Shown here in pieces: positions 13,209-27,426 of a stretch of DNA of 64,000 bases. This DNA is from Amoebidium appalachense (lineage: Eukaryota > Protista > Ichthyosporea), in the NCBI GenBank assembly GCA_963693365.1, contig CAVNZM010000003.1, positions 3,481,106 through 3,545,105 on the forward strand, written 5' to 3'. A program made the translations under genes and the position numbers. Within the stretch, counting starts at the first letter, position 1. The number at the start of each line of letters is the position of its first letter. The notes beneath the pieces were generated by a model. The model saw nothing but the letters and a program-made list of their open reading frames with translations, was not told the DNA's origin and ran no database searches.

Positions 13209-13376
13209 GTGTGCCCGCGCGCATGCTCTCGCGTGCGTATGTGTGCGTGTGTGCGTGTGTGTGTGCGTGTGTGTGTGTTGTGTGTTTGTGTGTGTGTGTT
13301 TGTACATACTACACGCATGTGCAAGTGCTTGGGCCTCACCGGGAATAGGGGGTAGGTTGAGGGGTGGGGAAGGCCT

Positions 13377-13415
<39 letters not shown>

Positions 13416-13867
13416 TCGGGGGAGGGGATTCAATGGATGGCTACGTCGTATACGTGCTACTCTATCTATGATACGGTAGGTAAGTGCTTTCTGAATGATT
13501 TCCAAGGGAGTGAGCAATTCTTGATTTGTGAGAAGGGGATGGGAGGGCCCGGGAAAATGAAGTTACTTGTGTTAATGACAAATTTTAAAGGGCCTCATAT
13601 TAAATAGTCACCAATCTATCTTGCTGCATGCATGATAACGTGACGGTCACCATGCATGCCTAGTATTATTATTATTATCATATAACTCTTCGTTCAACCT
13701 GGCAGTTGTAGGAGTCTGAGTCCATGTTTTTCCATCAGATCGGAGTACGTACATACACCTCATATGGACGCGTACTTGCACCGTGTAGTATGTATATACG
13801 TAGGCATTTTCAGATACATGGGGAATATAGATCGTCACCGTGGTTCTCGGAAACCTTGGCAGCCCCC

Positions 13868-13907
<40 letters not shown>

Positions 13908-14727
13908 GCGGGGGGGGGGGGGGGGGTAAATTATTGTTATGATGTAAGTGTAACGTCGATTTTTACATGTATATTTTGGGTGGAAGCACTGTTGGCCTTG
14001 TTGCAGACAACTCATCACAGGTCACCAACATGTCGATCAATAAACTGCACATTCCCTTCCCCGAAGTCCCGAGCTATAGTTCGGACTTCAAAGTCTGGTT
14101 AGATAGCTAAATATGGCGCTCTGGGAGACCACATGATTCGTCGATCTTTTTACAAGTTGAATAGATCTATTTTTCTTGTTTTAATAACATCCTGCCGCTT
14201 GTCTCACGCTCGCGCTCCACTTCGAATTCGTAAACACCAGAAGAGAACGATAACTACTGAAGCGGAGCTTTCGAAATTCCATGTTCTGGCCATGCATAAG
14301 AATTAGTACCATGAACTGCAGTGATTAGCTAAGAGTAAGCATAGCGCACTATTCAGCGAAGGGGTTTCCTTTAGTTGTTTACGTTTCCACTGGGTTTCTG
14401 GGCTTACTTTTTGAATTGCAGGGAAAATTCGCCACTCATGGTCAACCTCTCGACGAACGCTTTTTTGCTCAACGGTTGATGTTTCGGTGTAATATTTGGT
14501 TATGCTAGTGCAGCCATGCTTCACAGCTAAAATGCAGGCATACATTGCAGTTCAACCCACCAATTTCTACTGTGTTGCACCTTTTACCCGCTAGACACTT
14601 GATAAATTATCATGCTATTATTCCTACTACTCCTTCCTTTTAGCACCCGCTATTTCCTCTTATTCCTTGTGACACCTTCCGACGGGTTCCCTGACCGAGG
14701 GATTTCGTACTTCTGCTCTAGCTGAAA

Positions 14728-16228
14728 ATGACAAACATCTCCCCTGGCATCAGACCGCCATGGGGGCAAGGTCTACTACTGTAGGCGTCCCTGGCATGCA
14801 CGATTACTTTTCCATGCCCGATTACTTGCCGTTTCCCAGGAATCCCATGCCCGATTACCCATCGTTTCCCAGGACTCCCGTTGGTCAGTTTCCCATGCTT
14901 ACGAACGGGACAGTAGGAATGGGCGGAGGAGGATGGAACGGGAGAAGGATGAAAGTGTGTCCGCACTGTAAGGGATGTGGTTTGGTAGATGATGATGAGG
15001 GCATAAATGTGAACCCCAACGAAGAAGATCCCGAGACCAGCAGCACGGAGGATGGGGTGGATAGCGCTGGGGAGGAGCAAGGAGATGACGAGGGAGACAC
15101 GTCGATGCAGGAAGACTCGGTGCAGGAGGGGGAGGAGAAGAAAGAGACAAGCGAAGATGAAGATGAACTTTGGGCGCAGGCCTTTGGGCAAACGCTCGCT
15201 CCTGCTGTGCAAGGGGGTGCCAGTGTGCCTCCCATGGCACCTGCCGTATATGGCGGAGATTTTTTCTCTTCGCTCGTGCCACTTCCAAGACAGCCTGGCC
15301 TCCGTTTGTTGGCACCCAAACCAGACTTGAACGCGGTAAAAGAGGAAAAAAAAGGAGCCCAAAGTGAGAAAGGTAAAAAAAAAGAAGAGAGTCAGTGTTA
15401 ACTTGATGTGCGACGTGTGTCAGTTCGAAACCACAAATCAGCTGAACATGGAGAGGCATGTTGCCACTTACACGTTGAAGATGAAGGATTTTATGTGCAC
15501 ACACGCTAGATGTCGCGAGCGGTTTGCATCTGAAGAGCAACTCGAGAAACATATACAAAAGACATCAAATTTTTGCGTGTGCTAGCGTGGGTTGCGGTTA
15601 CGTCACAACGTCACGGCGCGAATTCATTATCCACGAGCGAAAACACACAGGGGAGAAGCCGTTCACTTGTGAGCATCCAGGGTGCGGTGGGCGGTTTGTG
15701 TCGCTTCATTCTATGCGAACCCACGCCAGGAATATGCATTCCGATCTTCCCTTTGAGCAAACATTCCCCTTTGCATGCACCCAGGGGACGGTGCCTCTTC
15801 AGGGTGCGCCAAAAGAGAGATTGGGAAAACCACATGCGCTCGCACATAGGCGAGAAGCCGTTTGAATGCCTGTTCTGTTCGCCGAGTTTCGGCAGCAAGC
15901 ACCTCTTGAGGTTGCATACGAAAAGGCATGTGGGAACGAAGAAATTCACGTGTCCATTTGAAGGTTGCAGTTACGGGTCAGTTGACAAGTCGGCGAGGGA
16001 TACGCACCTGAGAACACACACCGGGGAGAAACCGTTCGAGTGCAAGGAATGCGGGGCCAGGTATCGGCACAGAAAAAATCTTAGGGTGCACGCAAGGACG
16101 CATGGGAAGGGGGATGAGAAGGCAACATGGACGAAATGGGAGTGGCGCACGGCGACCCATCGAGTGCATCACTGTGTGTTTGTTAATGGAAATTGCACAT
16201 ATGCGCTATCGCAGTCTGTGGTGTAAGG
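14728..16228 (+). pseudogene. C2H2 zinc-finger array copy C, multiple frameshifts
   Basis: ATG 14728 is homologous to the other copies. Lesions at about 14775 (+8 nt, stop 14782), about 15380 (A run), about 15560, about 15785, plus loss of the normal stop at about 16113. Domains are spread over ORFs 14760-15401, 15364-15585, 15524-15865 and 15573-16226. Confidence 0.85.
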
Positions 16229-16936
16229 ACGCAAATGGGAAGGGGGGGGGCGGGTGGCAGGAGGGGGGAAAGAAGTGGGGGAGGGGGGGGGGGGGGGGGG
16301 GGGGGGAGGGGCTGCTCATGGAACATAGATGGTAGTTATGATGGACTTAATGTGGGGTTCCATAAGGTCACATTTACTGGTTCTTTAAAGAGCCAGGCAG
16401 GTGCGCATCACGCCAGTCATAGGGCATAGAACCATTTGAGTCTGACCCGACCCGGAAACCCAAAAGAAATTCCCTTTTAATAATAATTGGCAATGCATTT
16501 TCTACATTTTCAACAAACTGGTTTCTTTCTTTTTGTTTTTTCACATGGCACCATGACAGTTGTAAAAACCTTTATTTCTAAAAACCTTTATAATGTAAAA
16601 ATCTTATCGGTAAAAACCGTTATAACGTAAAAATTGATTCTGTAGGGATGGATAATTTATGTACACACGCTCACAAGGGAGAGGGAACAATGGTCTTTTG
16701 GTCTTGTTGGCTTGTTTATTGTGCTCTCGTAATTTTTAAATCATTTTAAATAATAATGTAACATACGTATTGAATTGGACGAGCTCTCTTTAAAGTGTAA
16801 AATGATGCCCAAGAATGTATGTTCTCTGAACGGCACCAATACTAACGAAGCTGACTGCTAAAAGTTGCTGTGCGGGTGCATTAATATTCATGATTCTGCA
16901 GATCTTTGGAGTTTTCTGCTATTAGTGTGTATGTGT

Positions 16937-16999
<63 letters not shown>

Positions 17000-17100
17000 A
17001 CGTGTGTGTGTGGTGTCATGCATGCAGGTACATGTCTGTGTGTGGGTCTTTCGCGTGTTCGCCTGCCCGTGCAGGGAGCGGGGGTGCACGGTGGGGAGGG

Positions 17101-17300
17101 GGGGGGGGGGAGGGGGGCAGGATAGCCTAGGGGGAAAGGAGGGGGGGGGGGGGGGGGGGGGATTTAATCGGGAAAGGATGTCCGGACAAAGTTCCTCCCC
17201 CCCCCCCCCCCCTCCCTTCCCCGATTAAATCCCCCCCCCCCCCCCAACCCCCCTCCTTTCCTCCTAGGCTATCCTGCCCCCCCCCCCTCCCCCCCCCCCC
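17101..17300. repeat. Long inverted repeat (hairpin) enclosing palindrome TGTCCGGACA
   Basis: Left arm gggcaggatagcctagg..gaaaggagg(G)n gatttaatcgggaa; right arm ttccccgattaaat(C)n cctcctttcctcctaggctatcctgccc is its near-exact reverse complement. Confidence 0.85.
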
Positions 17301-18768
17301 CTTGGTTACCTCTTACCGCTTCCAAACATACCCGAGCACACATGCTCGAAAGAACTGCACAGGCACCCAAGTGGGCTGATATATTACAGCTGATCTATCA
17401 ATATCAAACACAAACAATGATGTACTGTGCCTATGCCTATAGTGCACACGAGCACATGCATACACACCGTACGGTACACTAATATTAAGGCTTAGAGGGC
17501 ACGCTACTATAGTATATTCCTCTTTTTCAGTCGTTTTTAAAACCATTATTTTTTGCGCCAAAACTTCCCGTCCAAAATTACATATATGGCTAACTTGAGT
17601 CAGATTGCGCGCGAATATTGGTTGAAGCACTGATTTTCTCGAGATTGCGATATTATAGAAACATTTGTTACCACTATGCGCAGGCTAGCTCATAATACTC
17701 CCCTATCATATATGCGTGGCCGAGAGGAGTGCCACAAGGGTATATATACATAAGGTGTACATGCATCATCTCATGTCTATATGACCTATGGCTAAAAAGT
17801 TTGTAGTATGCATATTAGGTGTTCTGATTTCTGTCCCCGGGAGATGATATGCTAGGCTAAACAGATATGATACGTCGTCAAGGCTTTTTCGCCCCCTCCT
17901 TCCACAGTGTCTCCCCCGGACCCCCCCCACCCCCTCCTTCCTATCTAGTTTTCTTTCCTTCTTTCTTTCTTTCTTTCTTTCTTTTTTTGTGTGCCCGTGC
18001 ACGGAGCGGGGGTGCCGGGGCGGGAGGGGGGGGGGGGGGGGGATTGTGAGGGAGGGAAAGGGGGGGGGGGGGGGGGGGGGAGGGGGGGATCTAATCGGGA
18101 AAGGATGTCCGGACACAGTCCTCCCCCCCTCCCCCCATTCCCCTCCTCCCCGCCCCCCCCCCCCCCTCCCCCCCCCCCCCCCCCCCCCCCCCCCTGACAC
18201 CCCCCCCCCCCCCCCTGGTTACCATCCGCTTCCGAACACATGCAAGAACACATTCTCCAAAGGCTTCTACACACAGGCACCCACACAGTTGATCTATTGA
18301 TATCAAACACACACCGTGATTTACTGTGCCTATGCCTACAGTGCACATGCGTACATGCACATGATATACACTTAGGCTTAGACAGCACGGTCACGTATAT
18401 GCCTACTTTTTCAGTGTTTTCATAAAAACTTTTTCCTGCGCGCCAAAACTTCCAGTCCAAACCATATATGGTTAATCAGTCAGATCGCGCGCGAATTGTT
18501 GGTTAAAGCATTTTTCCCCTCGAGATTGCGATATTGTGGCGACACTTGCTTTTATTTGGGCCCCCGTGAGATGATATGCAGTGAAACGGATATGATAGGA
18601 GACCCCCCCCCCCCCCCCCCCCCCCCCCACAGTGCCTCCCCCCCCCCCCCCCCCCCCTGCCCCTTTCATTTGTAGTTTTCTTTCTTTATTTCTTTCTTTC
18701 TTTTTTTCTTTCTTTTCTTTTCTTTTTTTTTTTTCTCTCTTCCTTTTCAAGGCTTTTCGGGTGTGTGT

Positions 18769-18819
<51 letters not shown>

Positions 18820-18986
18820 TGTATGTATATATCGGCATGCGTATATGATGTGACGACAGAAAAAATGTTTCCACGTTGATTTAAAAAGCTAAAAAAGGCT
18901 TGTACACTGCATTATTTTACGTTTGCCTCGGTCAAATATGAATGCCCTTACTGAATTCACTGCACAACCCTAAATTTATCAGTGCT

Positions 18987-19018
<32 letters not shown>

Positions 19019-19177
19019 GCAGGCGTGCCCATTGACCACACACATGGAAGTTGTGGCCGTCAAGTTCGGAACAAAGATCCAGGTGCACGGGGGTGTCAGT
19101 TTGTACGGTGTGTGTCTGTGTGTGTGTGTGTGTGTACACATGACGTGTGTATGCGTGCGTGTGTATGCGTGCGTGTG

Positions 19178-19244
<67 letters not shown>

Positions 19245-19256
19245 ACGATGTGTGTG

Positions 19257-19307
<51 letters not shown>

Positions 19308-19333
19308 ACATGATGTGTGTATGCGTGCGTGTG

Positions 19334-19372
<39 letters not shown>

Positions 19373-19406
19373 ACATGATGTGCTTATGGGTGCGTGTGTG
19401 TGTGTG

Positions 19407-19508
<102 letters not shown>

Positions 19509-19694
19509 GTGTGTGTTTGAAGGGGAAGGAGTGGGGGGGTAGAGAAGTGGGCCACCCGTTATTGAAGTGGTACCAAAGCAGCAGCCAGGCCCCCCACAGG
19601 GGGAACGTAACAGTCACCATCAAATTGGAACCAGTTAGCTGAACGGTGTTTGGCCTGGTGCCTGGTGTTGCATTAGGGAATTTTGTAGATGGAA

Positions 19695-19760
<66 letters not shown>

Positions 19761-20233
19761 TAGTAGTAAATATCGACCTCCCGCTGGTGGTACGCTTCCT
19801 CCCCCCCCCCTCCCCCTCTCCAGGGTGGATTTGTCCCCCTCCCCCTTTCCCCCCCCCCCCCCCCGCATCTCGCGCTCGCGGTGATCTTCATGGTATATGG
19901 GCAAACATCTCTTTTCCACCCACCAGAGGCTGTATTCGTTAGTCAAATATTACTACTAATGATTATGAATTCGTTGCACGTGCTCATCAGCAACTTGCAA
20001 AGCTCGTGTGCGTGTCTGTGTGGCGGGGTTTGTATTATGTGATGTTGGTAAGTGTATCTGCATCTTCATATGTTGTGAACATCGCTGGTCACAAGCACCA
20101 CGCATGTAACGGTGGCACGTGTACATGTGCAGCTACGTGTGTGCGTGTGTGTGCGCGAGGTGGGGGAGCCTGGAGACGATTCCTGCCCAGGGCCGTGAAG
20201 GTAGGGAGGGACTCCGGATCCGGGGGAGAAATA

Positions 20234-20719
20234 AGGCCCAACCACAACTTCAAAGTCAGCTTGCAAAAGGCAGAATTATTATTTGGAAGCGCAATTATTC
20301 TGCAAAACGCAGAATCATTCTGCAAAAGCAGAATCACTTTGCTTTTAGCAGAGTTATTCTTCCTTTAGCAAAATTATTAATATTCCGCAAAAGCAGAAAC
20401 ACTCTGGTTTTAGCTGAATTATTCTTCTAAAAGCAGTATTATTCCGCAAAAAACGGAATTATTCTGCTTTGTTAGCGGAATGATTATGCTTTTATGCAGT
20501 AGGATGATCCTGCTTTTCGGAACGGTTCTGTTTTTAGCAGATGATTCTGCTGTTTGCAGAATGAGTCTGCTTTTAGCATAATGGTTCTGCTTTTGTAAAA
20601 AAGCAGAATTATTTTTCTTTTAAATTTAGCACAATCATTCTGCTTTATGCAGAATAATTCTGCTTCTTGGGGAATAATTCTGCTCGGAGCAAGTGGACTC
20701 AGCCGATGTGGTTGGGCCT
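20234..20719. mobile_element. MITE/foldback-like non-autonomous DNA transposon (about 486 bp)
   Basis: 13-bp TIRs AGGCCCAACCACA (20234-20246) and TGTGGTTGGGCCT (20707-20719), TA on both flanks, interior built from GCAGAAT(N)ATTCTGC-type repeats. Confidence 0.8.
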
Positions 20720-22135
20720 TAGAAGGGTCGGGGGGAGGAAAGGGGGGGGGAGAAGGCAGGGGGGAAGCTCGAGTAAGTGACCTGTCCGGGAAGGTGTGGC
20801 CTAAGTTTCAGGTGATCAAAGAGTCCTAGTATTAGTCAATGTTTACGTTTTGGGAACCCGTATGTAAGCCGAACGTTGCGAAATCTTAGTACAATTATGA
20901 TCAGGTCAACGTTATCTAATACCGTAGGCATGCGCAGCCTGTGTACGTGAGATGGGTAGGATTTCTCCCCCTCCCCAACCCCGTTCCCCCCGGGGGGGGG
21001 GGGGGTGGGGGGAGGGGGGGGGGGGGGGGGGAGGGCCCATCTACTCAGGTGGGTGGTGTGTCGCCCCCCCCCCCCCCCCCCCCCCCCCCCTCCCCCCGCC
21101 CCCTCTCCCCCTCCCCTCCTTTGAGCCGGAGGGGTGGTCGGGGGGGTCAAGGGGGGGCCGGGAGAGGGGGGGGACTCATCTGTCCAAACCCCCCCCCCCC
21201 CCCCCCTTCCCTCTTCCCCCTTTCCCCCCAAAAGCCGGCTGCCCCCCGTTTGACGTTACTGTGCCCCTCCTCCGTTTCAAAGTCAAGAATCCCACGGGCG
21301 CCGGCCCCGCGAGCGGGGCGTAACGATAACAGAAAGAAAGAGTATCAAAATGGAAAAACAGAAAACTTTACACATCGTGGAAATGCTGACTCAGCATTCT
21401 CAAATTCTTTCTCCGTTGCCATCCTAGCCGTGCGTACTTCCTTCCTTCATATCCCCCATGCAGGGCCGCCCTGTTTCAGGAAATTGATCGAATAATTTCG
21501 AATAATTTCAAATAATTTCGAAAGCTGGTTTGGATAGCCACATATGGATGTTTGTTACTGCATATGATTCGTTCATCTTCAATAGATCTATTTTTCTATT
21601 TTTAGTAACACCAAAACGGCTGCGAGCGCCGCTTTCGAAAACCGTTCACCAGCATGCGCAGGAAAAGCCAAGGTTCTTATCACCCGGAAAAGCACACCAG
21701 AAGCGCATTCCATTTTCATGTTTTGGGTCATGAAATTGTAACCACGAACTCGGTGCTTTAATGAGGAGTAAGCATAACGCAATTTGAGCGAGGTGTTTAT
21801 CCTTTAGGTTTCTCCCGTTTTTTGTTGAGTTTCGCTCTATCATTTTCTCAGAGTAGAGTCTGCCTTATCAAACCGTCGACTTCCTTTTTTTTTTCTCAAC
21901 AGCTTTTGTTTCCGTTTCCTTGTGTGGTTTCGCTAGTGTAGCCATGCTTCACGGGCTTAGTGCAGGCATGGTGCAACTTGGTTTATGTTTTTTATGCTGT
22001 GTTTGACGTTTTATCCGCTACACACATTTCTAATCATTCTTTACAGCACCCGGGAATTCTTCTTGTTCCTTGTAAGCCTAACACCTTCACCACTTCTCTG
22101 AACACGGTGGTTTCGTACTGCTGCTGTAGTTTAAA

Positions 22136-23470
22136 ATGATAAACATTCCGATTGCCAGCAGACCGCTATGGGGGCAGGGTCCAGGTGTCCGTGCCATGCC
22201 CAATTACTTACCGTTCCCCAGAAACCCCACTGGGCAGTTTCCCACGCTTACGAACGGGACAGTAGGAATGGACGGTGGAGGATGGAAAGGGAGAAGGATG
22301 AAAGTGTGCCCGCACTGTAAGGGATGTGGTTTGGTAGAGGATGATGAGGGCATAAACGTGAACCCCAACGAAGAAGGTCCCGAGACCAGCAGCATGCAAG
22401 ATGAGGAGGATGAGGTGGATAGCGCTGGGGAGGAGCAAGGAGATGACGAGGGAGACACGTCGATGCAGGAAGACTTGGAGCAGGAGGGGGAGGAGAGGGA
22501 AGGGAGAAGCGAAGACGTTCATCGGGTGCAGCCCTTTGCGCAAACGCTCGTTCCTTCTGTGCAAGGAGGTGCCGGGGTGCCTTCCATAGCACTTTGTGGC
22601 AGAGGTGTTTTTCCTCCGCTCGTGCAACCGCCACTGCCAAAACAGCCTGGCCTCCGTTTGTTGGCACCCCGACCACCAGGTGTAAACACGGTAGAACAGG
22701 ATAGAATTGATTTTCCAGTGGAAAACGGAATAAAGAACAAGGGAGTTAGCCTGATGTGCGACGTGTGTCAGTTCGAATCCACAAGCCAGTCAGTCATGGA
22801 TAGGCATGTTGCCACTCATACGATGAAGGCGAAGAATTTCAAGTGCACACACACTAGATGTCACCAGCGGTTTGCATCGGAAGAGTCCCTCGAGAAACAC
22901 ATACAAAGGCACGAATCATTTGCATGCACTAGTGAGGGTTGCGGTTACATAGCATCGACACGGCGCGAATTCATCATTCACGAGCGAAAACACACGGGGG
23001 AGAAGCCGTTCACTTGTGAGCATCCAGGGTGTGGTGGGCGGTTTGTGTCGCATCAATCTATGCGAACCCACGCCAGGGCTATGCACTCGAATCTTCCCAT
23101 GGAGCAAGCAAAACCCTTTGCATGCACCAAAGAGGGGTGCCTGTTCAGGGCGCGCCAAAAGAGAACGTTGGAAGACCACATGCGCTCGCACACAGGTGAG
23201 AAGCCGTTTTCATGCCCATTCCCTGGGTGCTCAGCGAGTTTCGGCACCAAGACCCAACAGAGGACACATACGCAGAGGCATCTGGGAAACAAAAAATTTC
23301 CATGTTCATTTGAAGGATGCAGTTACAGGGCAATGGACAAGGCGACGAGGGATGAGCACTTGAGAACACATACCGGAGAGAAACCGTTCGAGTGCAATGA
23401 ATGCGGGGCCAGGTTTCGGCATTCGACAAACTTTAGGGTGCACGTGAAGGCGCATGGGAAGGGAGGTTGA
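22136..23470 (+). CDS. C2H2 zinc-finger protein (8 fingers), copy D, intact, 444 aa
   Basis: Uninterrupted ORF with the same architecture as copy B (KVCPHCKGCG, acidic tract, LRLLAPRP, 8 fingers). Confidence 0.93.
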   Translation: MINIPIASRPLWGQGPGVRAMPNYLPFPRNPTGQFPTLTNGTVGMDGGGWKGRRMKVCPHCKGCGLVEDDEGINVNPNEEGPETSSMQDEEDEVDSAGEEQGDDEGDTSMQEDLEQEGEEREGRSEDVHRVQPFAQTLVPSVQGGAGVPSIALCGRGVFPPLVQPPLPKQPGLRLLAPRPPGVNTVEQDRIDFPVENGIKNKGVSLMCDVCQFESTSQSVMDRHVATHTMKAKNFKCTHTRCHQRFASEESLEKHIQRHESFACTSEGCGYIASTRREFIIHERKHTGEKPFTCEHPGCGGRFVSHQSMRTHARAMHSNLPMEQAKPFACTKEGCLFRARQKRTLEDHMRSHTGEKPFSCPFPGCSASFGTKTQQRTHTQRHLGNKKFPCSFEGCSYRAMDKATRDEHLRTHTGEKPFECNECGARFRHSTNFRVHVKAHGKGG

Positions 23471-24516
23471 GCAGGCAACATAGCAACATGGAGTGGCGCA
23501 TGCCCGCCCATCAAGTGCACCACTGTGTGTATGTTAATGGGTATTGCACGTATGGGCTATCGCAGTCTGTGAGTTTGGTAGGGCAAAAAGATTCTTTGGT
23601 ATTCTTGTGGTGCAAGGACACTAAGGGGAAGGGGGAGACGGGGTGGGGTTGGGAGGGGGGCAAGAGGTGGCTGCAAATGGAGCATAGATGGTAGTTATGA
23701 TGGACTTAGAGTGGAGTTCTATGAGGCCACAGTTATTGGTTCTTTAAGAGTCAAGTAGGTGCGCACCACACCCAATGTAGGGCATAGAACCATTTGAGTC
23801 TGACCCGAACCGGCCCGGAAACTTACAAGAATTTCCCTTTTATGAATAGTAATGCACTTCCTTCATTTCCCACATTATTATTCTCTATTTTTATGGTTTT
23901 CACAGGCACAGTTCCGAAAAACTTAATAACGTAAAAGTGAATCCGTAGGGATGGATGGGTAATGTACCTTCATAAGGGAGACAAGACTTTGCTGGTCTTG
24001 TAGGCTTGTTTATTGTGCTCTCTTAAATTTTAAATCCGATGATAATTTAACGTATGTATTGGATTGGACGAGCTCTCCTTGAAAGTGTAAGAATGATGCC
24101 CAAGAATGTATGTTCTCTGAACGGCGTCAGTTCTATTTTGTAAGGCTGTTGCTGAGCGCTTCCATTCATTGTTCTGCAGATCTTTGGAATTTTTTTTCTT
24201 GTTTTTCCGGTGTGTATATGTTGTGTGTGTGTGTATATGTTGTGTGTGTGTGTATGTGTGTGTATGTGTGTGTTTGTGTGTATGTGATTGTGTGTGTGTG
24301 TGTGTTTGGGAAAAAAATGTGTGTGTGTGTGTGTGCGTGTGTGTGTGTGTGTGTGTGTACGTGTTTGTGCGGTTGCGCGCGTGCACACACAGGTCTGTGT
24401 GTGGGCCTTTCGTGCGTGCACTCGCCCGTGCGGGGGAGGGGGGGGGGGGGGGGAGGGAGGGAGGGGGGGGGGGGGGGGGGAGGGGGGTAACTTCGGGGAA
24501 GGGATGTCCGGACACA

Positions 24517-24558
<42 letters not shown>

Positions 24559-25180
24559 TGGTTACATACCACTTTTTCGCTTCCAAACACATGTATGCGC
24601 TCACACATGCTCTAAAGGCTTGCGCACGCGGCACCCACACTGATATCGATCTACATTACAGCTGATTTGTCGATATCAACACCCGTGCACCGTGATATAC
24701 ACGGTACCTATGCCTATAGTGTACATGCGTACATGCATACACATGTAAAATAAGGCTTAGAGAGCACAGTACTGTATTATATAACGACCTACTTCTACAT
24801 ACCCTTTTGGTTGTTTTATATAAAAAAAAATCTTTTGCGCGCCCAATTTTTTGGCCCAAATTTCTATATTTAGCTAATCGGTGCGATTTTCGTTACCACT
24901 ATGCACAGGTTAACTCGGCAATATTCTCCTAGCACGTATGCGTTTTCGAGAGGAGTACCCTAGGCTAGGTGTATACACATCACTGTATGACCCATACTAG
25001 TAGCCAATAATAAGTATGTAATATTAGTTGTTTTGATTTTTGCCCCTGGGACATATTATGTATGTACGATATTGAATACAAGAGGCCTTTCCCCCCCCTC
25101 TCTCCCCTTTCTGGTCCCTCTAGTTTAAATTTTCTATCTTTCCATAATCTTCTTCTTCTTCTTCTTCTTCTTCTTCTTCT

Positions 25181-25215
<35 letters not shown>

Positions 25216-25218
25216 TTT

Positions 25219-25265
<47 letters not shown>

Positions 25266-25959
25266 GGAGGGTCATGTCATAATGATATGAATATGCAGAT
25301 AAACATAATATCATCCACACCGGTACCACACACGGACAGTCACATGTACAGTCCCCGCCACACAGATACTCATGCGAACACTATTGTACATGGCGGCACG
25401 ATAATCTTCTGTACATATTCTTTTGCATTATTATAGCGCCAACTTGCGCTATGTAACGCTCGGGGCCCTATTTCCGCATTCCGATTTCTTTCCTTTTTCG
25501 TCGATCTGATTATGAGCGCGGTAAAATTTTCTGTTGCGGGCGGTGAATCTACCGCCCCAATAGCTAAAGAACAAAGCGTGTTTTTTTCTAGTAGAAACGA
25601 GCGCAAACTCTGCTGCTTTTGAATATGGTGTTATACTATCCTCATACTGCTTTATTGCGCGGTTTCGCGCTATGATTACTGCGATTAAGTCCGATGTAAG
25701 TTGGAACAACCCGCTGAGGGGCCAGTTTTTTCTGCCGCAACGGCTTGGATTGGCCGTTACCGAAATTGATTCGCTGGCTTAGACGATAAGATTTTTGGAA
25801 GTCATATGAGTCGATTGGATGCCCTAGTCCCCTTTAAAATTTGGGACCGATTGATTGGATGCCCTAGTCCCCTTAAAATAATTCCCCTATTTTTGAATTA
25901 GCGATGTTTCCGCCAGAATCAGATGTAGAAGCAGTTAACCGTTAACCAGCTAACCGTTG

Positions 25960-26071
<112 letters not shown>

Positions 26072-26079
26072 TGGGTGTG

Positions 26080-26123
<44 letters not shown>

Positions 26124-27426
26124 ATGTGTGTGTGTGTGTGTGTGCATGTGCATGTGTGTGTGTGTGCGTGTGTGCGTGGATGTGTGTGTGTGTGTGTGTG
26201 TGTCACGGCGTGTGTGTGTGTACATGTGTGTATGTGTGTGCGTGTGTGTGTGCGTGTGTGCGTGTGTGTATGTGTGTGTGTGTGTGCGTGCGTGCGTGTG
26301 TGTGCGTGCGTGCGTGTGTGTGCGTGTGTGTGTGTGGTGCGTTTTGTGTGTGTGTGTGTATGCGTGTATGTGTGCGTGTGTTTGTGGGGGGGGGGGGGGG
26401 GGGGAGGGGGGAGGGGCCCCCGAGGGGGGGGGGGGGGGGGGGGAGGGGAGAGGGATATGCAAATCAGTACTGGCCAAAACGGAAACAAATCCTCCTAAAG
26501 TTGAAGGGGAAAAAAAAAGGTAATCAATACAACAATTGATGAAGTTGGAAAGGAGACTCTGGCTGGCCTTGATCACGCGCACGCGCAGGGGGGGGGGGGG
26601 AGGGAGCTCGAGGGGGGGGGGAGGGGGGGAGGGGGGAGGGGGGGAGGGGGGAGGGGACCAACCCACCCTTCAGTGGCCATGGCCATGGGTACCCACGCGG
26701 GCTTGGGGGGCAGTGGGCCGGCGGGGTACCACCAGAGGGGACGTCATCTTTATTACTCCCCGCCCCAAAGTTTGGCCACCCGGCCGGGGAGTCGCGGGGG
26801 CCCCGGCAGTGAATAATTGGATAGCTAAATATGGATTTTTCTGACTGCATCTGATTCGTCAATCTTTGAATAGATCTGTTTTTCTATTTTTAGTAACACC
26901 AAAACCGTTGGCAAGACTGGCGGTTGCTTTCAAAAACTCCAGAATTCGAAGGGAACCAGAAGCTAATATTTCAACATTCACGATTTGGGTCATTAGAGTG
27001 TTTACTATGAACTCGGTGCTTTAATGAAGAGTAAGCATAACTCACTTTAAGCGAAGTGTTTATCCTTTAGGTTCCTCCCGTTTTCCGTTGAGTTTCTCTG
27101 CATCTTTTTCTCTTTCAACACCAGCAGGGTTTTGCCATTCAAACCGTCGACTTCTCTTTCTGTTGCTCAACAGCTTTTGTTTTCGTTTCTTTGTGTTTTG
27201 CTAGTGTAGCCATGTTTCATGGGCTTAGCTAGCGCAGGCATAGTGCAGCTTGATCCATGTGTTTTGCGCTGTGTTACACCTTTTAACCGCTACACACTAA
27301 GTTTATCCCGTTATCTTTTCTGCTCATTCCTTATATAGCAACCGCGAATTCTTCTTGCTCTTTGTGGGCCTACCACCCTCACCGGTTCCCTGACTAAGTG
27401 GCGGCGTACTTGTGCTGTAGTTAAAA

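Noticed and set aside
14771-14784. GTCTACTACTGTAG as a 14-nt intron that would restore the frame of ZF copy C
   Set aside because: It is shorter than known spliceosomal introns and absent from paralogs, and the copy has several other lesions. An 8-nt insertion is more likely.
25812-25880. Direct repeat GATTGGATGCCCTAGTCCCCTT x2
   Set aside because: The repeat is real but has only two copies and no associated structure, so it was treated as a local duplication.
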